IMG/VR virus record: IMGVR_UViG_3300020045_002920
Coordinates: 1 to 38,044 of that record
Origin: a virus
Taxonomy: Duplodnaviria > Caudoviricetes
Length of the DNA: 38,044 bases
Reading direction: 5' to 3' (one strand)
Part shown: one piece after another, positions 9,265 to 16,515 of the stretch
Layout: every line of letters begins with the position of its first letter
Numbering within the stretch: position 1 is the stretch's first letter
Program-made: the position numbers and the translations under genes
Notes under the pieces: generated by a model
What the model saw: the letters and a program-made list of their open reading frames with translations, nothing else
The model's database searches: none
Told to the model about the DNA's origin: nothing

Positions 9265-10752
9265 TTATTCTGCGTTTTCTGTATTTGCAGAGGATTTATC
9301 TCCACCGCCCGGCTTCTTCGCCGTGCCCTCACCTGTAACTCCAACCTCCATCCCGTCGCCGGATCTGGAAGAAGACTCGCCAAGCAGTTCCTCATGCACA
9401 GGTTCATCCTCTGGATAGCCTTGCAAGCCAAAACCAGCTTCACGAACATAGTTCATAAATGCACGATCTTTTTCGATTGCTGAAACGCTAACAACACGCT
9501 GTACCAGCTTACCGATACTGTCTTGAGAAGGCTTACTAATCTTGTCAAACTTCAACTGAACGCATTCTGAGGCGTCCCACTGATTCTGTGCGTAAATCCA
9601 AGGGATGATTGTCTTGTTAAATACAGACTCGATTTCTTTCAATCGGTATTGGAGACCAATCTCAACCAGCTCTGTTTTTCCCTCAATCATTGACTGAGAG
9701 CCAGTGCCATTGCTTCCGACTTGGAGAATGTCTGCAAACAAGCTCAGAAGAATCCGGCTGTCCCAACGAGAGATAATCTCACTAGTATCAAAAGCCTTTG
9801 CGCCACTTGAGCTGAGAAGCTCCGCAGTGAACATGTCTTCTTTGCTTTCAGCATTACGATCAGATGGGATAATTAGTGCAGCTTGTTCTCCAAGAGAGAC
9901 GTTCCGTGCAACCTTTTTAAAGTCCTCGGCAGCAGCCTTCTTACCTGCGTCTGCATTTGGATCAAGGTAGCCTGCGGGCATCTTCATCAGGAACAAACCT
10001 GACAAATCTCGTGCTGCGCCAGTAATCTCTGCATCTTCGATTGAACGCTTATAGCGCCAAGCATTATATGCTCCACGGAGGATGCTCACACCTTCCGGGT
10101 TATTGTTGATTGGCATACTCGTGAAGATTGCCAGCTTCTCGACTGGAAGAACAATCTCAGCGCCATTTTTAGCCAGTGAAGAGTAGCGGGAGCCATACTG
10201 CATATTAGCGGTAGATTGCTCAACAGCCAACAGCTCGCGGCCATCTTCGCTAAACACCCAACCAGAGATGGTTGATTGTGAGCGTGGCTTCAGTCCTTTA
10301 AGACCAATTAAGCCGTCCTTGTGAGCACTCTTCCCCGGAAGCCTGCGCTTGGCTTGCAGCTCAAACACTGAGAAGCCATAACGGAGGTAGGAGAGAATAG
10401 CTACAAAGGTGGAAAAGAAACTTTCGTCCATGTCGTTAAACACGGTTTCGATAAACTTCTTTTCTTCTTTTTGTTTCGGAGTGGCTCCAGCAGGCGGGAC
10501 AATTTTGTAACTCGCTTCTGCCAGATATACCGTGTAGAACTGGAGGGCTGCAGAGACTGTAGCATCCTTAGACATTTCATCCACGGTTTTGATTCTCTGG
10601 GGCATGCGCCAAACTTTGTCCGACTCTTCAAGAATCTGTTTAGAGACGTTCTTGAGGCCGGGATAACCCGTTTCAGAAAATGCAGCAATACGGGGAGCAC
10701 CTGCAACGTCTGGATTTTTCTCCAAGAGGCCAGTGTTCAACTCTTCAGCCAA
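9265..10752 (-). CDS. Portal protein (DUF935-like)
   Basis: 495 aa after terminase, with YGFSVFE and NPEGVSILR..Y..W..K motifs. TTG start with GGAGG RBS. Confidence 0.88.
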   Translation of the reverse strand: MAEELNTGLLEKNPDVAGAPRIAAFSETGYPGLKNVSKQILEESDKVWRMPQRIKTVDEMSKDATVSAALQFYTVYLAEASYKIVPPAGATPKQKEEKKFIETVFNDMDESFFSTFVAILSYLRYGFSVFELQAKRRLPGKSAHKDGLIGLKGLKPRSQSTISGWVFSEDGRELLAVEQSTANMQYGSRYSSLAKNGAEIVLPVEKLAIFTSMPINNNPEGVSILRGAYNAWRYKRSIEDAEITGAARDLSGLFLMKMPAGYLDPNADAGKKAAAEDFKKVARNVSLGEQAALIIPSDRNAESKEDMFTAELLSSSGAKAFDTSEIISRWDSRILLSLFADILQVGSNGTGSQSMIEGKTELVEIGLQYRLKEIESVFNKTIIPWIYAQNQWDASECVQLKFDKISKPSQDSIGKLVQRVVSVSAIEKDRAFMNYVREAGFGLQGYPEDEPVHEELLGESSSRSGDGMEVGVTGEGTAKKPGGGDKSSANTENAE

Positions 10753-10800
10753 TGTAAGCCTCCTTTAGTGTTATTGTTCATGTGAATTCTTATACCATGT

Positions 10801-10829
10801 ATTATAGCACAGTAATTTTAGCAATGCAA
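10801..10829 (-). promoter_or_regulatory. Sigma70-like promoter for portal/head operon
   Basis: Minus strand TTGCAT-17 nt-TATAAT with extended TG. Confidence 0.7.
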
Positions 10830-10900
10830 GTGTTTTACTAAATATATTTTAAATATCTAATAGAACACTTGCATATCTAAGGGGAAATGGTTAGATTTGG

Positions 10901-12262
10901 TTAGGCTAGTGGGGAGGGGCGGGTGTAGGAGTCGTTCCCGAGACTGAAGGTTGGGAGGGTGTGCGCCCTTGCAAGTGCCTTAAATCCACTAGAAATTGAG
11001 TCACAAATATCGTCCTTCGTACCGCGTTCGCCGCCACTGAAGACGCTTAATTCCTTAAACATGTCATCATTCCAGTGACCCCTTACATAGAATACTGCCT
11101 TGGCTTCGCACATGCTGCAGAAAGGAAGGAACTTGGAAAGTTTCGATGAGTGGCCGGAGACAACCTCTGTCTTCGTAGGAATCCCCCTTTCAGCTAATTC
11201 TTTTACCATAAACGCATTAGCAAACTTCCCACCAGCACCCGGATCTCTCGGAATACCGATGGTGCATTCTTCAGTTCCATCAATAAATGCCTGCCTCTCA
11301 ATTTCATCTAGGATGCCTTGGAGGCTTTTCCTAAACCGAAGCATATCCGCAATGTAATAGTTTCCTGTGCTTTTGCAACGGCCTATTTTTACCCCCACCG
11401 ACCAGTCTGGATTAGGGAGTGCGGATGTAGGCTCAGAACTGCCGAAGTCATAATATCTAACCCAAGTAATGTCTTGGGGCAAGTCTTGAACATCAATCAT
11501 CTGCCCTTCTGTAAAACTCTTGTTCCAATAGACGCCACCGTTAGCTACCGCCGTCCAACTTCCCTTTAAAAAACGTAGTTGGTTAATCTTAGACTGCGAC
11601 AAGAGATTTGCCAAATACTCTGGATTATTCTTCAGTAGGATAGTATTGTCATACACGGACAGTGGAATCATCCTGACACTCTTAGGGATAAAATCCACCC
11701 CCAGTGTTTTACCTGTTCCAAATTCTTCATACAAGGCTTCTGGTGACGGGCCAAATCTAACCTTGTCGTCAATAACCACAAACCATCGGATGATATTCTC
11801 TGTACCTTCTCGCGGAACACCCGTATCTTCATCTAGTAAAGGGAGCAACCAATCAAACAGATAAGAGGTGTTTGAAGGATTGGTGGACAGAATCATCTGC
11901 AACTTACCCTTAAAGTTTGCAGATCGCATACGAGTGAGGAGGAATAGAATTTGTTTCTCAGTCCATTCAGCCGCTTCGTCAACGAGGACATTTGTAAGCT
12001 GGCTACCTTGCCATCCCGGCAAGTCCCTGTCATCACCAATTGCAGCAAACTGCAGGGTAGCTCCGCTGGGAAATACCCACTTCTTGGCCTGAGCCTTATA
12101 GATGCCCCCGAAATACGGATAAATCTGGTGTGACTCATCAATGATACCACCGGGGGCAGAAAGTTGTGGAAAACTTTGCCTGAATACTACGCCACGGAAG
12201 TTTTTATCGGAAAGATATGCCAGATATTTAGTCAAGCACATTCTCGTTTTTCCTCCACCTGC
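10901..12262 (-). CDS. terL: Terminase large subunit, exon 2
   Basis: Begins AGGGKTRMCL (second half of Walker A). Contains Walker B VLVDEA, STNP, nuclease RYYDFG and KDDICDS. Confidence 0.92.
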   Translation of the reverse strand, partial: AGGGKTRMCLTKYLAYLSDKNFRGVVFRQSFPQLSAPGGIIDESHQIYPYFGGIYKAQAKKWVFPSGATLQFAAIGDDRDLPGWQGSQLTNVLVDEAAEWTEKQILFLLTRMRSANFKGKLQMILSTNPSNTSYLFDWLLPLLDEDTGVPREGTENIIRWFVVIDDKVRFGPSPEALYEEFGTGKTLGVDFIPKSVRMIPLSVYDNTILLKNNPEYLANLLSQSKINQLRFLKGSWTAVANGGVYWNKSFTEGQMIDVQDLPQDITWVRYYDFGSSEPTSALPNPDWSVGVKIGRCKSTGNYYIADMLRFRKSLQGILDEIERQAFIDGTEECTIGIPRDPGAGGKFANAFMVKELAERGIPTKTEVVSGHSSKLSKFLPFCSMCEAKAVFYVRGHWNDDMFKELSVFSGGERGTKDDICDSISSGFKALARAHTLPTFSLGNDSYTRPSPLA

Positions 12263-12507
12263 CTAGAGGAATGTTCACAATAATGCGTTAATCTTATTGC
12301 CGCAATTAAGCTGCTGCATGTTGCCATGCAGAACAGGTCATGTCTTATGACTTTCGTCATCTCTCTGTTTCGAGCCACTTGGCCCTACGTCTTTCGACTG
12401 ATCGTTACACACTTTCCACAAATTGCTGTGGAGTTGGCTCGGCATTTTCCCATAAGGACGTTCGCCGAATTAAGAGAGTTTGTTTAAAGTGGAGGCACAG
12501 GATTTTC
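12263..12507 (-). ncRNA. Group I self-splicing intron (IA2-like, 245 nt, no ORF) in terL
   Basis: Exon 1 ends in U and the intron ends in G. IGS GCCUCCAC, P (AAUUCGGCGAA), Q (AAUGCCGAGCC), R (GUAACGAUCA), P7.1/P7.2 hairpins, P3 CUCUCU/AGAGAG, P8 AUGAC-GAAA-GUCAU, S (AAGACAUGACC) and P9 UGCAUG-GCAA-CAUGCA are present. Removal restores GGGAGGGKT in frame. Confidence 0.92.
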
Positions 12508-12600
12508 ACCACCACCAGTAATAATTACATCCGTAGTTTCATCCATCAACAGAATACGTTGGTTGATGCTACAGGGAGCAAAGAGCATCTGTTCAGCCAT
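12508..12600 (-). CDS. terL: Terminase large subunit, exon 1 (31 codons)
   Basis: MAEQMLFAPCSINQRILLMDETTDVIITGGG joins exon 2 in frame to give a 484-aa protein. Confidence 0.88.
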
Positions 12601-13723
12601 TGATTAGTTCCTCTACTTTGTTGAGGACATCCGTCACATTGACGCAAAAAGCCTCTGTACTTCCTTCAAACTTGTAAGTAGGACTTTTAGCAAAACCTCT
12701 CAACCACCTCAGAAGGGTGTTTTCAAGATTATTACAGGAAACTCCGTCCATTTCATACGTTTTAATTACGTCAAATTTCTGCATAGCACTCTTACTTACA
12801 CTTCGTGCTCGTTCTTCTGCGGAGATGTTTGTAATTCCAACTTTTACAAAATCAGGTGATTGCAGAATATATAGTGTTCCGGGGAGGACTTGACTAAATC
12901 CACCCTGAGCGCAGGATGGGCATCCCATCCTGCGTGTGTGGTTATCAGGGGTCTGCCAAAAGACTTTCTGGTGTGTGTTACAGAAAAGTTCTACGCGCGT
13001 CCTTGCAGTGATATAGACTACCCTTGAATAGTCATACTTATCTCCATGAACTTCTCGTGCGGAGAGAATAAACTTCTCAACTGAGCCTCGTTTCATGTCC
13101 CCGTTTGCCTTTGACGCGCAGATTGGACAGCCAACCCCAACTAAATGTTGGTGCGGATACTGGTGGAAAACACCATGTAGCTTACAAGTTATTCCCACCT
13201 TTATTCTTGCTGTTTTATAATCAACATTCTCGTAGGAATACTTGCCACCATGAATTACCAAAGACCTCTCTACAAATTCTTCGGTTGAAGATGTCTGTTT
13301 TTCTGTGCGAGAGAGGGCCGAGCACTGTGGGCACCCTGAAGGCGACCGAAGATGGTCTTGCGGGGTTTGAGAGAATTGGCCGTGGACGGGGCAAGATATT
13401 ACGACAGGTATTTTTGCTCCAACATACTGTACAAGAGAGTAATCAAGTCGCTCGCCATGTAAGGTCTTAGCTCGTGCAACAAAATCATCTGTTGATATTC
13501 GGCTGACTGCAGGCTTGTGTTTCAGGCAGCCACAAGATTTGGTATTCTTGCTTGATATATTACATCCAGCTAATACTACATTTTCTGTGCCACATTCGCA
13601 AGAGCAACGATACCATGCCATCTTTCCATTCATGCCAACAAACTCTACTACGGTTAGAAGTCCATGTTTTTGGCCGACCTTGTTCTTAACCCTGTCTGGC
13701 CGCAACGGCTGCGTAAACTCCAT
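12593..13723 (-). CDS. Free-standing homing endonuclease-like protein (CxCxCG N-terminus, DUF723-type repeats, GIY-YIG/T5orf172-like C-terminus)
   Basis: Three Zn-finger repeats and C-terminal LYIL...KVGIT...R...E...GSTEAF. Its stop overlaps the terL start. Confidence 0.8.
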   Translation of the reverse strand: MEFTQPLRPDRVKNKVGQKHGLLTVVEFVGMNGKMAWYRCSCECGTENVVLAGCNISSKNTKSCGCLKHKPAVSRISTDDFVARAKTLHGERLDYSLVQYVGAKIPVVISCPVHGQFSQTPQDHLRSPSGCPQCSALSRTEKQTSSTEEFVERSLVIHGGKYSYENVDYKTARIKVGITCKLHGVFHQYPHQHLVGVGCPICASKANGDMKRGSVEKFILSAREVHGDKYDYSRVVYITARTRVELFCNTHQKVFWQTPDNHTRRMGCPSCAQGGFSQVLPGTLYILQSPDFVKVGITNISAEERARSVSKSAMQKFDVIKTYEMDGVSCNNLENTLLRWLRGFAKSPTYKFEGSTEAFCVNVTDVLNKVEELING

Positions 13724-13959
13724 CACCCCTCCCATCGCTCACTACGAATCAGCTCACTACGATTCGAGCTGTTAATCACCGTCACAGCCATTTTCCCGGC
13801 CTTCCCTGCAGACTCCAAGAAAGCCTTCATCTCTGCTAGGGTCTTGTACTTAGTATCTGGAGAATCCAGAACACTTTCCACGTACCCGTCCGCATCTACG
13901 AGGCACTCCCGCAGAGAGAACTTTCCACCGATACTGATAATCCTAATCTCTTTTTCCAC
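13723..13959 (-). CDS. Hypothetical protein (78 aa)
   Basis: GTG start at 13959 with AGGAG RBS; its TGA overlaps the next ATG. Confidence 0.6.
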   Translation of the reverse strand: MEKEIRIISIGGKFSLRECLVDADGYVESVLDSPDTKYKTLAEMKAFLESAGKAGKMAVTVINSSNRSELIRSERWEG

Positions 13960-14085
13960 AATCTTTCTCCTAAATGTAAAATGTAAAAGCCCACAACTGG
14001 GCTGCCTCAAAATGAGACTCCAGAAGTGGGCTGAGTTACACCCTACATTGTGTCCTGTCACGCAGGCTTCTGTTTGTTCTTGCTC

Positions 14086-14160
14086 TGGAGCATCCTGCGA
14101 AGACTGATTTCGCGGTCATCTGCTTGGAAGGCAGATGTTTTACCATTAAACTAAGGATGC
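14086..14160 (-). tRNA. tRNA-Gly(UCC) with non-canonical T-loop
   Basis: Acceptor GCATCCT/AGGATGC, U73, encoded CCA, anticodon arm TCTGC-CTTCCAA-GCAGA. T-arm reads GCGAA-ATCAGTC-TTCGC. Confidence 0.8.
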
Positions 14161-14169
14161 AAAAACCGA

Positions 14170-14236
14170 GGCGGGAAGCTAGAATCGAACTAACACCTCC
14201 TGTTGGTACAGGTATTCGCCATGAACTCTTTCCCGC
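14170..14236 (-). pseudogene. tRNA-like element with shortened anticodon loop
   Basis: Acceptor GCGGGAA/TTCCCGC and T-arm GTTAG-TTCGATT-CTAGC are intact. Anticodon arm is CCTGT-ACCA-ACAGG (4-nt loop); no CCA. Confidence 0.7.
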
Positions 14237-14243
14237 GTAAAAC

Positions 14244-14320
14244 TGGCGAACAGGGTAGGAATCGAACCCACAACCTACGGATTTGGAATCCGTTGCTCTG
14301 CCTGATTGAGCTACCTGAAC
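14244..14320 (-). tRNA. tRNA-Trp(CCA)
   Basis: Anticodon arm ACGGA-TTCCAAA-TCCGT, canonical D and T arms, G73-CCA. Acceptor stem has two U:U mismatches. Confidence 0.85.
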
Positions 14321-14330
14321 GTTAAACCTT

Positions 14331-14403
14331 TGCCGTCTGAGAGGCTCGAACTCCCGACCTCGAAATTACAAATTTCGCGCACTACCTACTGTGCTAAGAC
14401 GGC
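14331..14403 (-). tRNA. tRNA-Thr(UGU)
   Basis: Acceptor GCCGTCT/AGACGGC, A73, anticodon arm CGAAA-TTTGTAA-TTTCG, T-loop TTCGAGC. CCA is not encoded. Confidence 0.9.
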
Positions 14404-14412
14404 GATAAATCT

Positions 14413-14485
14413 TGAAGCAATCCAGCAGGATTCGATACCTGCATCGTTTCCCCTTGGGGTATGCCCTACTTAGACGATGGATTGC
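14413..14485 (-). pseudogene. tRNA-like element with collapsed anticodon arm
   Basis: Acceptor GCAATCCA/TGGATTGC, D-arm-like GTCT..GGGC, T-arm GCAGG-TATCGAAT-CCTGC. The anticodon region is only CCCC-AA-GGGG. Confidence 0.65.
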
Positions 14486-15066
14486 TATGCAACCTCAGGA
14501 GAAGGCTTTTGCATTTGAAGTGGGCGCTGCCTCATCGCTATCGGGACAAATGGTTCTGACACCATAAAGTCCATCTACCAAGCGATCCCGTGTTCAGATC
14601 ACTGACAGTCGGGTTATCGGTCTATTTCTAAACGCCCACACGGCTGGAGACTGCCTAGGTGCCTGCCTTTTCTGTTTGCCTCATCAGCATTTCAAGTGCT
14701 GTGTCGGTTTCCTTTGGGCTTATGACCAACCTCCATGCGTGTAAGCTGTGAGTAGCAGGAATGATCTGCAAAGCCAAGCTACTGTCATTCCTTCTTGAGC
14801 GGATTTTACGCCAAGAAGCAGTTCCTGAGTATTACCCACAAGGAAGAACTCTTTCACCACAACAGCTTTAGTTGTTGGAAGTGTGGGATCAAGCGTAGAG
14901 TTCTTCCTTGTGCCTCCTGATCTTCAAGAGGACAAGCCTGCTTACAAACACAGGATGCTTTTTCGTCGCATTGCTTCAATACTCTTCACGCCTTCATTAG
15001 CAGGAAGGTTACCGCACTTCATCCCCCGAGGCCGAAAGGAGGGGAAACTTCCTCGGGTGATTCCAT
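14486..15066 (-). ncRNA. Candidate large structured non-coding RNA (~580 nt)
   Basis: No credible ORF. Has its own promoter and more than 12 complementary segments, including a perfect 16-bp helix, long-range helices and a pseudoknot (see findings). Confidence 0.7.
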
Positions 15067-15072
15067 AAACGC

Positions 15073-15101
15073 ATTGTAACATGCGAATACTCAGAAGTCA
15101 A
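15073..15101 (-). promoter_or_regulatory. Sigma70-like promoter for ncRNA/tRNA transcript
   Basis: Minus strand TTGACT-17 nt-TACAAT with extended TG. Confidence 0.75.
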
Positions 15102-15114
15102 GTTTTATTTACAT

Positions 15115-15513
15115 CTAGGCACCAACAACCCGTTCCATAGAGAGAATAACCGAGGGTTCGAAGCGAATTATAGGCTTGTCATCTTCCTCTTCAACATCCC
15201 TTGGCCCTATCTTCGGGGCTGCTGCCATTACAAGTCTAGCTTGTGCTATGGAACGCCCAAGTTGATCCTTGCTGATGGATTCTGACACAGCGATGCGTGT
15301 TGCAAGCAATGTCTTAGCCACATCTACGCGGAGTTTCGGATCAGCCTCTTTATCCTGAAGCACTTCTACAAGTGTTGCAATGCTATCAGGAGTTAGTTTG
15401 TCCAGTTGCTTCAGAAGTTTCTGAAGATCATTCCTCCGTTCAAAGCTAATCTGTGTTACAGGTTCCATCTTTTGTTTAGGCTTCTTCACTGAAAGCTGTT
15501 CTTCGTTGCTCAT
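15115..15513 (-). CDS. Putative terminase small subunit
   Basis: 132-aa helical protein upstream of terL with an acidic/beta C-terminal tail. Assignment rests on position and size only. Confidence 0.45.
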   Translation of the reverse strand: MSNEEQLSVKKPKQKMEPVTQISFERRNDLQKLLKQLDKLTPDSIATLVEVLQDKEADPKLRVDVAKTLLATRIAVSESISKDQLGRSIAQARLVMAAAPKIGPRDVEEEDDKPIIRFEPSVILSMERVVGA

Positions 15514-16025
15514 TTATTTTCCTTACTAAGTCTTTGGCGTTGCTGCTCAATCTTCAAAGCATACTCATGTGCTACTTCTGCGTAGGCTGCTGCTTCGTCG
15601 GCTCTGGCGAGGATTGAAGCCAGCTCTCTGCGAAACTCTTCTGAAAGGTAGCCTTCGGTGGCTGTATCAGCAGAAGAGCCGGAGGCTGCAGGGGAAGCTC
15701 CTGTGGTGGCTTCACAGACGACGGGGGAACGCAACCAACGATTAGTACGCAACAGACCAGAAATAGTGGCAGCATCTGCATCGCGCTTGGCTGTGAAATC
15801 CAAAGCGAGCTTGTTAAGTTTTCCAGTTGTTTCATCATTCTTCCTCTCAGTCTGTAATACTTTTTCCGTCAGCTTCAGCACTTCTTTGCTTTGGACGGAA
15901 ACACGTTTAGCCTCAACGGCCTGATAATAATCTGCTGTAAGGCTCCATGCCATCCAAGAGCCGCCGCCAAGTCCTATAACGAAGGCTGCTGCTACAGCTA
16001 TAGCAATGCTTTGTAGGCTAATCAT
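15510..16025 (-). CDS. Inner-membrane spanin (Rz-like)
   Basis: N-terminal TM helix, coiled coil, LRSPVVC and RADE motifs; downstream of endolysin. Confidence 0.8.
   Translation of the reverse strand: MISLQSIAIAVAAAFVIGLGGGSWMAWSLTADYYQAVEAKRVSVQSKEVLKLTEKVLQTERKNDETTGKLNKLALDFTAKRDADAATISGLLRTNRWLRSPVVCEATTGASPAASGSSADTATEGYLSEEFRRELASILARADEAAAYAEVAHEYALKIEQQRQRLSKENK
15572..15781 (-). CDS. Outer-membrane spanin lipoprotein (Rz1-like), embedded in Rz
   Basis: Alternate frame MQMLPLFLVCCVLIVGC (lipobox IVGC) followed by Pro-rich PPSSVKPPQELPLQPPALLL. Confidence 0.75.
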   Translation of the reverse strand: MQMLPLFLVCCVLIVGCVPPSSVKPPQELPLQPPALLLIQPPKATFQKSFAESWLQSSPEPTKQQPTQK

Positions 16026-16026
16026 A

Positions 16027-16515
16027 TCAATCCTTTGTCTTGATACGGACTGTGCATACGTATTTCACACGTCCATGCTGTGGTCCAAACAATGCCCACC
16101 CGAAGATACATTGTACGAAATATTTGCCCGCAACAGGGAGCTTTTTATACAGCAACCAATGTCCATCGTAGTAGAGATGATAGCCGTAAGTGTGTTCGTG
16201 GCATTCTCTCCACATCGTATTGTTCTCAATACCAATGGTGATGTAATTGAAATAATTGCCCCCATTACGCCAGAGCCACCTTACCCTGTTGAGGGCGCTT
16301 AAAGAGTTTTCTCCAATGATGTGCTCTTCCTTCCAACCACTGTCTCCTGAGAGGTCTTGGTCGATTGTTCCCAACCATTGCATTGCTGTAAGTGCCTTCT
16401 TATCTTCACTGCTGAAGAACAATACAGCGATAATAGCGAGAGGGTATCGTGCTACCATTAGTACAAAATAGGGAACGAGGAGTAGTGCCCATTTCAATTT
16501 CTTATTCATTCGCAA
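16027..16515 (-). CDS. Membrane-anchored hypothetical protein in lysis region
   Basis: Hydrophobic N-terminus, Trp-rich (LSGDSGW, RWLWRN). Overlaps the endolysin stop. Confidence 0.65.
   Translation of the reverse strand: MRMNKKLKWALLLVPYFVLMVARYPLAIIAVLFFSSEDKKALTAMQWLGTIDQDLSGDSGWKEEHIIGENSLSALNRVRWLWRNGGNYFNYITIGIENNTMWRECHEHTYGYHLYYDGHWLLYKKLPVAGKYFVQCIFGWALFGPQHGRVKYVCTVRIKTKD

Noticed and set aside
10901-12241. ORF-track terminase start at 12241
   Set aside because: It lacks the Walker A motif; the true start is 12600 via intron splicing.
12340-12603. 87-aa plus-strand ORF over the intron
   Set aside because: Antisense shadow of terL exon 1 and the intron; not an intron-encoded endonuclease.
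14660-14700. CUGAUGAG...GAAA on the minus strand suggesting a hammerhead ribozyme
   Set aside because: No proper stem II between CUGAUGA and GAAA, and no matching stem I/III with an NUH site could be built.
14883-15068. 61-aa plus-strand ORF
   Set aside because: It is antisense to the local transcription direction, has no RBS and overlaps the structured RNA.
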